Assembly (NCBI GenBank): GCA_004431415.1 | Contig: QPMI01000232.1 | Span: 42,802 to 106,801, forward strand | Origin: Cyanophora paradoxa CCMP329 | Taxonomy: Eukaryota; Plantae; Glaucophyta | Reading direction: 5' to 3' | DNA: 64,000 nucleotides | Shown: piece by piece, positions 12,087 through 23,701 of the stretch | How positions within the stretch are numbered: position 1 is the first letter of the stretch | How the letters are laid out: each line of letters starts with the position of its first letter | Notes under the pieces: model-generated | Database searches by the model: none | What the model was told of the DNA's origin: nothing | What the model saw: only the letters and a program-made list of their open reading frames with translations | Made by a program: the position numbers and the translations under genes

Positions 12087-14279
12087 ATGTCGTCCTCGGC
12101 GGCCCACAGCGGCCGGGCCCACGCGCCGCTCATGTTTCGCCCGCAAGAGGTCGTTTACACCAGCGAAACGCCCGGCAAGCGCGAAGGTGCGGTTGTCCGC
12201 GCGGGTCGTTGAGGGCCAGTTCAAAAGTTGACGGCCTCCCAGCTGCCGCAGACACATGGGTAGACAGTCTAGAGAGCAGGGACACCACTGCACAGCGGGC
12301 GTACGAGGTACTCGTCCTGCCGGTGCGTTCGACCCGGACTTCCCGCCTTACCATCCCGCGGCCGAGGGCGCGGCCGCCGAGCCTTTCCTACGGGCTAGTG
12401 CAGGTCTCTGAGGTTCTCCGAGTCCGTAGCTAATGCTCCTGGGCCCGCAGGACGCCCGCGCTAGCACCATCCACGAGGCGAGTCGGACGACCCGCGGCAC
12501 CCACGCATCGCCGGCGGTGGACCTCACGCGCGCGTCGATCCCGCGGCGCCTAAAGGACTCGGAGGTGGAGGCGGTGGCGCTCGCCGCGCTCTCGGACCCG
12601 ATGGCGTCGATCGAGAGCGCGTACGAGCGGCGCTACGCGGACGCCCGCATGGCGCTCGAGCAGCTGCGGCTCTCCCGCCTGCGCCACGACTCTTCCACGA
12701 AGTACCTCGAGGGCCTCGAGGCGCAGCTCCAGCAGGCGCGGGCGTCGGCGGCCGCCGAGCTCGCGTCTCGGTACCAGGAGCTCCAGGCGCGCCGCCGGCG
12801 GCGCCCGCCGCCCGCAGATGCCCGCCGCCGCTGACCCGCGCCGCAGGCCGAGCTGGAGCACATCTACAACCAGGCGATCGGCGACCTCGATTCGATCCTG
12901 GGCGCCAAAGTCAAGCCCCTGCAGGCGCGCCGCGCCGCGCCGCGCCGCGCCCCCTCTCCTTTCCAGTCTGATGGGCGGCAACGCAGGAGGATCGGTTCCT
13001 GATCGAGTACCAGACGCGCGAGATCGACCGGGCGACGGCCGCTCTCGAGCGGAAGATGCACAGCTCGACGCACGCCGAGTGCGCCCGCCCCGCTCGCCTC
13101 CCCAGCCCCGCGCCCTCACGTTCCGTGGCGCCCTAGGTTCGTGGCGCACTTCCGCAAGACGCTGGCGGACGCGGAGAAGGCGCTGCGGATGGCGCCGCCG
13201 CGGGGCCCGACGCCGCAGGAGGCGGCGGGGGCCCTGCACGACCCCTTCGAGCACCCGCTCGCCCGCTTCCGCTCCGTCCGCCTCCGGCAGCGGAGCCTGG
13301 ACCCGGCGCGCGAGGGCCGGGGCCGGGGCGAGCGCCGCCGGAGCAGCCGCTCGGCCAGCCGCAGCCGCAGCCGCTCGCGGAGCCGCTCGCGGAGCCGGCG
13401 CTCGCTGCACGTGGACCTGGACCTGGGCGGCGAGGCGGAGGCGGAGGCGGAGGAGCTGAGGAAGAAGGCGCGCGAGGCGAGGAAGCAGCGCGAGAGGCGG
13501 GAGAAGGGCGAGCACAGGAGCCGCCACGGGCACGCCCACGGGCACCGCCGGCACGGCCACCGGCACGAGCGGGCGGCTGAGTCCCCCGAGACGCCCTCGA
13601 CGCCCGGCTCCGAGCCGATGGGCCGCCGCCGGCTCTACGCCAAGCCGTCGGCCCTCCGCGGCCTTGCCTTCTCGACCAGTGCAGAGGCCGGGGTGGCAGC
13701 CACGGCCCCCGCGCCGCTCCTCGCCGGCAGGGCCCCCAGCGAGGACGGCAGGCGCGCACGGCTCGAATCCGGAGCGGCGCATTTCGTGGCTGACCCGTCT
13801 CGCCCGCAGCGAGAACGGCGCTGCGCGGCGGGAGCGCGAAGAGCGCCGCCGCGCCATGGCGGAGCTCGCCAAGTCCCAGAGCGTGCGCCGTACCCCTTTC
13901 CAACCGCCCAGTACCCCTCCCCTCCGAACCTAACGCGTACCCCCCTCGCAGGAGCTGCACGCCCTGTACGATTTCGTGAAGGCGCTGGCACCCTCCGGAT
14001 CCCCCTCGCGGCGGCCAGCGGAGCTGGCCGAGCGCATTGGCCGCATCGAGCAGGCGCGTCGCTGTGGCCCCACGCGTACCCCCCCGGCCCTCTAAATCGC
14101 GTACCCCGCAGATGGTGGAGGACGCGTCAAAGAAAATCGCGGCGACAGCGGCGGCGGCGGCCGCCACGGCGACCCCGCGGGTCTCCTCCTTCCCGACCCC
14201 TCCCCCTTACACTTCCGGCGGCATTGGCGGCGGCTCCACGTCGGGCGCCGGCGCCAGCCGATCCCTCTTCCTGTTCTAG
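12087..14279 (+). CDS. Hypothetical coiled-coil protein with RS and His-rich tracts
   Basis: About 9 exons join in frame. Coiled coils (YLEGLEAQLQQARASAAAELASRYQELQ|AELEHIYNQ), RSRSRSRSRS and HGHAHGHRRHGHRH tracts; ends SLFLF*. Confidence 0.65.
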
Positions 14280-14661
14280 CCCCGCCCGTAATTCAAATCG
14301 AAGCGATTTCTCTGCGTTTGCCGCTCGCGCTCGGCTGAGGATGGCGACGTTTCTTGCGACTCGTGCCATTAAACCCGAGCCATGGCCAGAGGCTCGAATT
14401 CGAAGCGGGAGGCCCTGAGGCGCCCGCGAAGCTTAATTGCAATTGGCTTGCAGCCAAGGCGCTGGCCGGCACAATCGCGGCGCGTCGTCCGCGGCGTTGA
14501 AGCCGTAACGTTAACTAGCTAGCGACCGTCGGACGCGGCGACAGCGAAAGCGGCGGCAGTGCCGCGGCACTCGGGTCCGGGTACACCGACAGACAACGCC
14601 ACCGATCGATTGGCCTGGCAAGCGACGCAGCTCAGCAGCAGCCTGGCAGCGGCTTATCGCC

Positions 14662-17303
14662 ATGGAGCGCGACCCTGCGCCACAGCAGGTGCGCTACTGA
14701 GAGCTGCGGGCCTCGAGGCAGCCAACCGCGCGTCTCGCCGCGAATCCGCGCTGACCTGCGATCCCCGCGCAGCAGCACGATCCTGAGAGATTGCAAACGC
14801 TTGGCCCGCCTCCGAAACGCCACAGATCAAGCGACGCGGACTGCCGCGCAACCGCGCCGCCAGCAGGTGGGAATCGCGGGGCCGGGGCGCGCTGCGCGGC
14901 CGCGTACGCCGATTGTGCCGTCCCCTAGCAGACCATGGCCACTTCTCGCCCACTTCCGAGCCCCCGGGCGAGCCGGTTGCCGCTTCGGAATCCGCCCCGA
15001 GTCAGGACGGCGGCGCAGGTCGGTTGCCGTGGGGCCGCCGCCCTCTCGCAGCTTCCCTGGCCTTATCGCGCCTTTTGCAGCCGAAGCCGAGCCGGCAGGT
15101 CTCCTCGGCCTCCCCGACGCCGTCCTGGCGTCGATACTGGAGCTGCTCGGCCTGCGCGAGGCGTGGCGCGCCCGGGCCGCCTGCCGCCGCCTCCGCGCCG
15201 TGGCGGAGACCGTCGAGTGGTCCGCCATCGAACTGCGCACGCGGAGGCCTGAGAGCGTCTCGGCGCTGGCGGCGCTAGCCCGCGGCGGCGCGCGGCTGCG
15301 GCGGGACGCGGCCGGCGGCCCGCTGCGAGTCTCGCTCGACCTCCGGCGCGAGGCGCTGGAGGAAGGTGGCATTCGTCCCTCGGCCTCGCAGGTTCGAGCT
15401 CGATTCTGAACCGAGAATTCGATCCGCGTCAAAATTTGATCGCGCCCGGACTCGATCCAGGAGCACGAGCTCTCGGTCGTGTCGGAGGCTCTCCTCTTCG
15501 CCTGCGCCCTCGCCGCCCGCCCGCGCGACGTCCGGGTGCAGCGGGCGCCCCTACCCCCCCGCGACCTCGAGCGCCTCGTCACCGGCTCGCTGGCCGCCCT
15601 CGCGGGGGGTACCGCCGCCCCCTGCCTCGCGTCCCTCCGGCTCGAGTCCTCGTGCCGCCCGACGGGCGGGGCCACCGCCTGCGCCCTGGACGCGCCCCAC
15701 GCGGAGTTCGGATCCCGGCTGGCCCCCTTTTCGGCCCTGGGGACCCTCGCCCTGCCCCGCGGGGCCCTCGTGGGGCCCTTAGCCGCCGCCGCCATCGCCT
15801 CCGCCTGCCCCCGCCTCTCCTCTCTCTCCCTCTGCCTCCTAGGAGCCGCCTCCCTCGCCGCCCTCGCGGAGCTCCCGTCGCTATCGAGCCTCGAGGTCCT
15901 CCCGGGGGCCGGCGACGCCGTCCTCTCCGAGGTCCGAATCGCGTACCCCGCGCCCGGCCCTGCCCTGACCGCTGCTTTGTCAGATCCTGTACCCCGGGCT
16001 GGACCGCTTCACGGTTGGGCCCGCCGGACGCTCCCTGCGCGCCCTCCGCGTCGCGTACGTACCCCCCCACGCCTCCTTGACATTCTACCCAGCTCCAACC
16101 CCGGGCAGGAGCGACGGCCGAGGGGGGGTTGAGGCGCCTGGGGACGTCCTCCGTGCCCTCGCGCGGGCCCGCAGCCTCCAGGACATCGATTTGGACATCC
16201 TTCTGCGGGTCTGAATCCCGTACCCCGTTCCGCTCGATCTCCGCGTCACTTGTACCCCCACTCAGATCCCGGTGGATTCGGGGGCATCCTCGCCCCTTGC
16301 ATCCCTGGCCGCCCTCCCCGCCCTGCGGCGCCTCGCACTCCGCCTGCGCCTCCGCGACCGGTGCGGTACCGTACCCCCCAGCCTGCCCGGCTCCGCGCCT
16401 CGGCCCCGCGCGCTCAGGCCGCCGCTTCCGCGCAGGGACGGGGCGCACCTGGCGGGCTTGGCTGCCCTCGCCCGCGCCGCCCCCGCGCTCTCGGCCCTCG
16501 ACCTCGCCCTCGGTGCCCCGTACCCCTCTCTTTGTCCTTCCCCTCGCTGATTCCTCGCACCCCACCCCGCAGAGGCCGCCCCCGACCTCTCCTGGGACGG
16601 CGTGCGCCCTCCTCGTCCTCCGCCCCCCCGCCCCTCTCCCCTCTAACGCGTACCCCCGCTCGCCTTGCCCCCCAGGTGGACGACGAAGCGCTGTCGGCGC
16701 TGCTGGAGGCCGCTCGGCTCTCCCTCCGCCACTTCGAGACGCAGTGAGCCCCGAGCCGCCCCGACGCGCGCCCGCCCGCCCGCCCAGGCCGTCCCCCTGA
16801 GCGAGTCCTGCCCCTCCCCCCCGAAGGTACTTCCCGGCGCTCATGCCGCACGAGGCGGATGCCCTCGCACAGGTACCCCCGCGGCCCTTCTCCCCCCGGG
16901 CCTGTTTTCGAGTTCGTACCCCCCTCCCCCAGATCGGGCCCCAGCTCGAGTCCGCGTGCATCGGGCACCACATCCTCGACGAGGATGACCCCGAGCCGTC
17001 CGCGTGCCCCCTCCCGGATCGACGTACCCTCTTTTAGCTGAGTCGGGGTACAGGTACGGGGCGCTGCGGCCGCTGGCGGAGCGGTTGCCGCGGGGGGCGC
17101 TGCGGGTCGAGCCGGTCCTCCAGCGCCAGGTTCGAGTCCCTGTCGATCCCTTTCTGCGCCCCGGCGTCCTGATCTTGCGGGCAGCTGCCGGGGCGGCCGG
17201 GGGAGGCGAGCCGCGTGAGCTCGCACGCGCGGCGGCGGCTGCCGCGCCTCCTTCCCACCGCCAAAGTGTCATTCACGTACGCCTGAGCCGCGCCGAGCGC
17301 TAG
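14662..17303 (+). CDS. F-box protein with degenerate LRR-like C-terminus
   Basis: F-box LLGLPDAVLASILELLGLREAWRARAACRRLR at ~15100-15200. LxxLxL repeats downstream (LSSLSL, LSSLEV, LRRLAL, LSALDL). Exons 1-4 join in frame from ATG 14662. Confidence 0.75.
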
Positions 17304-17534
17304 CGCGCCGGGCGCCCCCTAGCGCACGCCTCTGACGGTGCGACGCGCCGCGGACGAGCTAGAATGCCCCTCATCGTGAACCTCGGCCTCCGATGAATTC
17401 CAAGTCCCTCGAGCCCGCCCGCCCGCCCGCTTCGCACTAGCTACGCAAGAGGGGCAACCCGAAGCTTGAAGCTAGAAGCGCGAATAGTGTACATGTACAA
17501 ATGCAGTAGTCGTTTCACAACTAAACATGACAGC

Positions 17535-17907
17535 TCATTGATCATGAGTGTTCGCCGACCTGCACATGGACAGCTATAGCGCGATCTCGCGCTCACATCT
17601 CCTTGTCGGAAGCGTACGCGGCCTGTACGATGGCGCGTTTCGTCAGGAGATGAAGTGATGCAAGGTCGCAATCTAATCTGGGCCGCACCTCGCCGGCCTG
17701 GGCTTGGAGGATCTCGTCGACCTCAGCAGCAAGGACATCTGGATCGCTGCCGCCGGCGAAGAGACCGTCGGGGAGTGCAGCCGTTGGCGCCTCGAGTTCG
17801 CCATCGAACTGGGCCAGGAGCGCGGGATCGATCTCCTCCTGCGCGAGGCGCTGCTCGTCGGAGTCCAACTGCCCCGCGCTCGTGCCGCCTCTGCCGCCTT
17901 TGCCCAT
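17535..17907 (-). CDS. Small acidic hypothetical protein (3 exons)
   Basis: MGKGGRGGTSAGQLDSDEQRLAQEEIDPALLAQF...QAGE|AAYASDKE|MSANTHDQ*, with plausible GT-AG introns. No recognisable domain. Confidence 0.4.
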
Positions 17908-17972
17908 TGTGGAAGTGTCGAGGCTATCGTACCCCTCCAGCGGTCGACGTCGACTCGACGACGCTCGACGCG

Positions 17973-19830
17973 ATGGGCTTGCACGACGCCCTCAGCTGCT
18001 GGAATTGCCTGGGCTTGCGAAGCACGCGTGTTGATGTCGAAAGAGCCGCGGGACCAGAGTCGCAGGCCGTGCTGCGCGGGTGCGCGCGAGAACCACATTT
18101 CGACGCGCGGGCGCGCCGCGCGCCGCTGCTTACGCATTGCGGCGCAGACTTGAGGTGAATTTGCGCAAGTTGGACGACGCGCAGGTGCCGGAATGCCACA
18201 AAAAACCAGCTTTGCATGTGGCTGCGAACACCGCGCCGCCGGCGGACGCCGCCGCGCTCCCCAGCGAGCTTTTAGAAATCATTTTTGAGCATCTGGGCGC
18301 CCGCGCTCTCGCCGCCGCGGCCGGCGTCTGCCGCAACTGGCGCCGCTCAGCGACGAGCGACGCGCTCTGGTACAAGCTCTTCGCGCGCTCGGCTCTCCGC
18401 GCCGTCTCGAGCTCCTCTCGCGTTCGGCTCTCCGCTCCGCCGTTCGCCGAGCCGCAGAGACCCTGGTTCCGCACCTACCTCGTCTGCTCAGGTCCGCCCT
18501 AGGCCCCGCCGCCGCGCCGGCGATGCCGAGGTCGCTCGCCCGACGCGGTCGGATGCGAACACGCAGGAGCCCGTGCAAAGATGGAGTCAGCGTTCGACGA
18601 AGCGATCGGGCGGGAGCGCGGGCGCCGCCGCGCGGCCGTGGAGCGGCTGCTGCGGCTCGTCATCGCCGAGCACATGCGCGCGCAGCTGCTTCAGGTGCAT
18701 TCCGCCCCGCCCCGCCTCGATTTCAAATTTTGAATCTAAATTCGAATTTGATCCGCGCGGGCGCAGGAGTGCCGCGTCTACGCGGAGGACGGCCTCGCAG
18801 AAGCGCTGGCCGCCCTCGCCGCCCGCACTTTCTACGTCCCGTCGTCGATCTCCGCGCGGCGCGCCTGCTTCTCCCGACTCTACCCGCCATGTTTTGCGCG
18901 GGCGCTGACGGGCGGCGCGCGCGCGCGAGTAGGCACGGGCACCGGCGCGTCGGCCTACCAACTGCAACGTGGACCCACTCCGTGACCCTGGTACCCTTGC
19001 TCATCCTCATCCCCCTTTCTGCCGCGCTCCGTTCACCCGCTCGATCCGCAGGAACTCGCCATCGTCTGCTTCGACGGGTCGGTCGCCCGCCTGCGGTGCG
19101 AACGGAGTACCCCCGATTCACCCGCCCCCCACACCTCTGCGTCGCTTTACCCCCCGCCAGGCTCGCCTACGAAGAGGCGTGCCGCGTCACGGACCTCGCA
19201 ATGCAGCGCACCGTCTTGGCCCTGCTGGTACCCCCCTCCGCCTCGTTCCCCGTTGACGGGCCCTCAAGAAAACCGCGGCCCAGGTTGGCGGGCGCCGCTT
19301 CGTCCTGCGAGTTGCCCTCGGAGACGACTCGGCGCGGGTTGAGAACGGGGCCGCATGCGCGGTGTGGTCTCTCCGCCCCGCCCCGCCCCGCCCCGCCCCG
19401 CCCGCTATCCTCTGAAGCTTAGACCGATCGACGGGGCGCGCAGGCCGCGATGCGCGCCGCGGGGCTGCCCGATTCGGGACCCCTTCGCCAGGAAGAGTTC
19501 GGTGCGCTCCTCCCCCCCCAGCCCGCCCGGGCACGTCCCGCGCTCACGCAGCCGGTACTTGTACCCTCTCCCTCGCAGCCGAGTTCCTCCTTGCGGCGGC
19601 CTCCATCGCGAGGGGTACATGCTGCTGCCGAGCCTCCGACGCCCTCATGCAGCCCCTGATACCCGAGGTCCGATCCGCCCGGGAGCCGTTAAAAGGCCCC
19701 GCCCGGATTCGAAACCGCTTCGTTCCTCGCAGGTGTACGCGGACTTTCTGGTGCAGCAGCGCTCGGCCCTTGAATCCGCGCGGCCCCTTCTCTGCCCCCC
19801 GGGCGGTGGGCCTACCCCTCGCCGCCCTGC

Positions 19831-19864
<34 letters not shown>

Positions 19865-22081
19865 ACCTGTTCCGTTTCAGCCGGGGACGGGGACGACGAG
19901 GAGGCCGTCGGGGGCGGCTCCGAGGACATCGGCATTGAGAGCAGGTGCGAAGAGCAGTTCGAAGGCACTTCTGCTCGGTTGCTCGTCGCTTTTCCGCGTG
20001 CGTTCTCGGGTCTGACGCCCGCCGCGCGGGCAGCCGGGGGCCGTGGGACCCCTCCCGGCGCGCCGTCTCCCTGGGCTTCTCCGTCTCCCTCCTCCAGGCT
20101 CGCCGTGGCCCCTTACTCCCCGCTTTGCCCCTCATTCATGATCGCTGGCCTCGTGACAGCCCCCTCGCCCCCCGCAGAACGAGGCGCGGCGGCTCTGGCT
20201 GCTGGACATGGCCCGCGTCCGCCTCGTCCCGCGCCTCGCCGACCCCGCGTGCGCCCACCCCGCCCCCGCCCCCGCCCCTGCCTCCGCTGCCACCCCTCGC
20301 CTTCGTTCCGACGCGGTTGGGATGGGCGTGCGCAGGGCGCAGGAGGAGGTGCTGCGGCTCGCGGAGAGCACGTACTTCATCTGCGCCCAGTGCGTCCGAG
20401 CTGAGCTAAGAGAAACTACGACGTAGCCGAGCCAAGCTAAGAAAAACCACGCCAAGCTTAGCCGCCAATGAATTCAGATACGCCACTGCGTCCAGCGCCC
20501 CAACGAGATCTTCCGCCCTACGCACTCGCCCACGCCCAGCGGCCCCTGCGCCCCGCTCTCACTTGCAGTCGTCCCGCCCTCGCTCGCGCAGGAACGCGGA
20601 GGGGCGGCTGGGGGGCTCGCGGCTGCAAGTGGCGGAGGGGGAGGCCGGCGTCCTCGAGGGCCCCTCCCGCTCCCTCTCCTACCGCTTCGCCGTCCACGCC
20701 CTCCAGGTGGGCCCCCAGCGAGTCTGCACTTCCCTTACAGAGCTATCTTTAGAGCTTAGAGCTTCTCGGGGGGGTCCCAAGAGCTTCACAGAGAGCTTAG
20801 AGCTTAGAGCTTAGAGCTAAGAGCTCCTCTTAGCTACCTTAGAGCTACCTTCCCTTCAGAAAGACTTGGAGAGAGCTCTCTTAGAGCTAAGAGCTCCTCT
20901 TAGCTACCTTAGAGCTGCCTTCCCTTCAGAAAGACTTACTGAGAGCTCTCTTAGAGCTTAGAGCTTCTCTTAGCTATCTAAGATCTAGAGCTACCTTCCT
21001 TAGCGCTATTATATTTTTTAGGGCCGGGCTATCAGTCCACTCCAGGCACCACTCTAGATAGGGCAATCTTCGCGATCGCTCTCGCCCCTCCTCGCGCCGT
21101 GCTGACCCCTTGCCCCGCCTCGCTTGCGCAGGGCGGGGGCATCGCGGAGGGCGCTGGGCGAGTCGGGGCGCTAGGACGCGGCTGGGGCGCGCGGGTGCTC
21201 CCGCTCGGGGTCGAGCCGGCGCCGGGCGGCCTCCTCGGCCAGCTCGAGCGCGCCCTCTCCGGGCCCGCCAGGTGCGCCCTACAGATCTAGAGGGGAATTA
21301 GAACGTTAACGGACTTAGAGAGCTCTAAACATCGAACTTGAATGGACAATAGCTTAAGTGGCCGCCCGCTGTTCGGCGGGGGAGATAGCAGCTCGAGTGC
21401 GCCCTCTTCGGCCCCGCTAGGTGCGCGCCCTGTAATCCAGAGCGGCGGATAGCAATAGCTGTGGAAAGGGGGCGCTGCCCTTGAACGAGATATCGCTGCC
21501 CTGTCCGCGCGCTCTCCGTCACAGCTCTGGAGAGAGCTGACCTCGGCGCGTGCGCAGCCCCGGGCGCCCACAGTCGCCGCAGCGCGCCTCGGGGGCCGCG
21601 GGGCCCGCCCCCCTCCCGCGGGGCGGCTATGCCGTGTTCGACGCGTACCTGGGGGCGGCCTCCGAGGGCCCGGGGGCCTCTGCCGAGCTCAACTTCTGCC
21701 TCACTGCCGCCTACAAAAAGGTCCGCCCCTGCCCGGACTTGCATTGTACCGTGTTGCGGCCCGCCATCCTGCGCTTCTCGTGCAAATCATGATCAAATAA
21801 TCACATGCAACGTTAACAAAGAGGCCCTAAACGTGATTGAACGTTTATTCTCAAGACCGTTCGCTTTGTAAATGGTCTGTAGACGTCGACCGCTGACTGC
21901 TCGTGCACATCGGACCGCGGACTCGCAGTCGCTCTTCTTCGGGGCCTTCTCGTCGCTGCGGCGGGAGCGCCTGGGGTACGCCTGCCGCACCGCCTACGCC
22001 GAGCGCCCCGACGAGGTGCCCGCGGCCCCGCCCGCCCCCCCGCCCCCGCCCCGGCCCCGCCCCGCCGGCCTCCAGTACTAG
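17973..22081 (+). CDS. F-box protein
   Basis: MGLHDALSCWNC... joins via a 7-nt exon (18148-18154) to the F-box ALPSELLEIIFEHLGARALAAAAGVCRNWRRSATSDALW. Many downstream exons; the 3' end (AGLQY*) is less certain. Confidence 0.7.
20737..21005. repeat. Intronic minisatellite: 70-bp units built from TTAGAGC/TTAGC words
   Basis: 20811-20880 and 20881-20950 are near-identical 70-mers, with partial copies and TTAGAGC runs on both sides. Confidence 0.9.
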
Positions 22082-23701
22082 CTTGCACGCTGGGCCGGCG
22101 CCCCGGGCCCCAGATCTAGAACGAAGCGAATCCCCTACAGCTGATTCTAGGGCTGCGCGCGCGTGCCGCGGCATCTAGAAGTGCACACCTCGGCTTCTCC
22201 GATCCCTGTGACTGATAATTATGCCCTCACGGGGGCGGGACGCGGCAGTGTCAGGTGTGCGTGGAGTGCTTCGTGGAGCCCCTGGAGGAGCTGCGCGCCG
22301 CCCTCGGCCTCCGCCACCTCGCCCCCGTGCGCGCCCCGGGCCCCGCCCCCGCCTCGCGGCACACGACCCGAGGCTGCCAGGCCTGCCTTGCGCCGGCCGC
22401 CGGGCCGCCGGCGCGGCTGCCGGGCCTCTTCTAGACCCTGGCTCCTCTAGATCTGGTTCAAACAGAGAAGTTCACTTGCTGCGCCACGGCGTGGAGGGCT
22501 AACGCGGGGCGCGCGCAGGAGGACCTGTGGCGCTTCCTGCTGCTCGCGGCCGGCGTCGAGGGGCTCCTCGTCGGGCCCGGGCCCGCGGGGGAGCGCAGGG
22601 GCGGCCCCGGCGCCGGCCCCGGCGCTTCGGCGCGCCGCCAGTTCTGGATGCTCAGGCCGTTCGCCCCCTCCTAGATCCATGCCAGGCCTAGGCTTTGTCT
22701 TCTGTAGAACGTGGTTTAAATATCGAGCGTGATCATGAATCACTGAGTCAGGGCCGTGATCGCTGCGTTTCAAGTTTGACGGTTCGAATTCAGCTCTCGC
22801 GGGCCTAGGCTAGCGCTGATGAGGCCTAGGCCACGTACGCTGATCATGATCATATTAATATTTACGTATACAGTGATATTTCTCATCTGATATCGATGCA
22901 TCAAAATTTGCTCAGCGGCTATCGCAAAGCTCCGATCGCGAGGCTCGCAAATCCGTGAGAGCCTCGCGATCGTAGAGTCGCATATGCATCGCCGAGTCGA
23001 TATCATGGCACTGCGGCATGCATATGCATGTGCAGCCGCTGAGCTGCACTGCGGCAGTGCGCGCGCACGTGCAGGTGCATCGATATCGATATCGGCCGGC
23101 TCTCAGAGTCTCATGCCGCACTGCGGCAGTGCATGCGCATATGATCAGCTGCAGACTCTGAGAGTCTCAAACTCTGACTCGGTGAGACTCAGGCTAGCGC
23201 TAGGCCGGTGAGACTAGACTCGGGCTCTGAGGTACGGTCCCTTCAAGTTGCTTCGGCCTCCCTGGCAACTTGAAGTTCGCCCTGAGTTCGCCCAACTTGA
23301 GGGAGTTGCAATTGGGGCTCGCGACGCGTGTCCCTTCGTGAAAAACGCCAGCAAGAGGGGGGGACGAGTCCAGCTCGGGTACGCGAGCTACGGTTCCCAA
23401 GGCGTGCGACGGGAGCGGGCAGTGGGTGCTCGGCAAGCGCAGCTGCAGCGCAGATCTTAGCTTTAGCTTGACATTTCCTGCTCGCAAGGCCGCCTGCAGC
23501 GCCGACTTTCCAGATTGGCCCACCGGGTGCTTTTCAGGCACAACGTGTCCGTGACCTCTGGACGCTGAAGCTTGCCGCTTGTAGCTTACTTGTGCGTCCT
23601 GGGCGCCCCAGCTAGCTAGCTCAGGGCGTGGCGGAAATGCATCCAGTCAGCTAAAGGAGAGCGTCCAGACGGCTTCTCCAGGCGGCGGAGGAGAAGCCTA
23701 C

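Noticed and set aside
19832-19863. Poly-C/G tracts (also ~49298, ~59908, ~60629) as functional elements
   Set aside because: Simple homopolymers, mostly intronic and prone to sequencing error; nothing beyond generic G4 potential.
20737-21005. CRISPR array or true telomere
   Set aside because: Tandem units with no unique spacers, no cas genes, eukaryotic context; not a canonical telomere repeat and located in an intron.
22240-22660. Exon-like fragments between the F-box and cyclase genes
   Set aside because: No start codon or consistent frame; possibly decayed.
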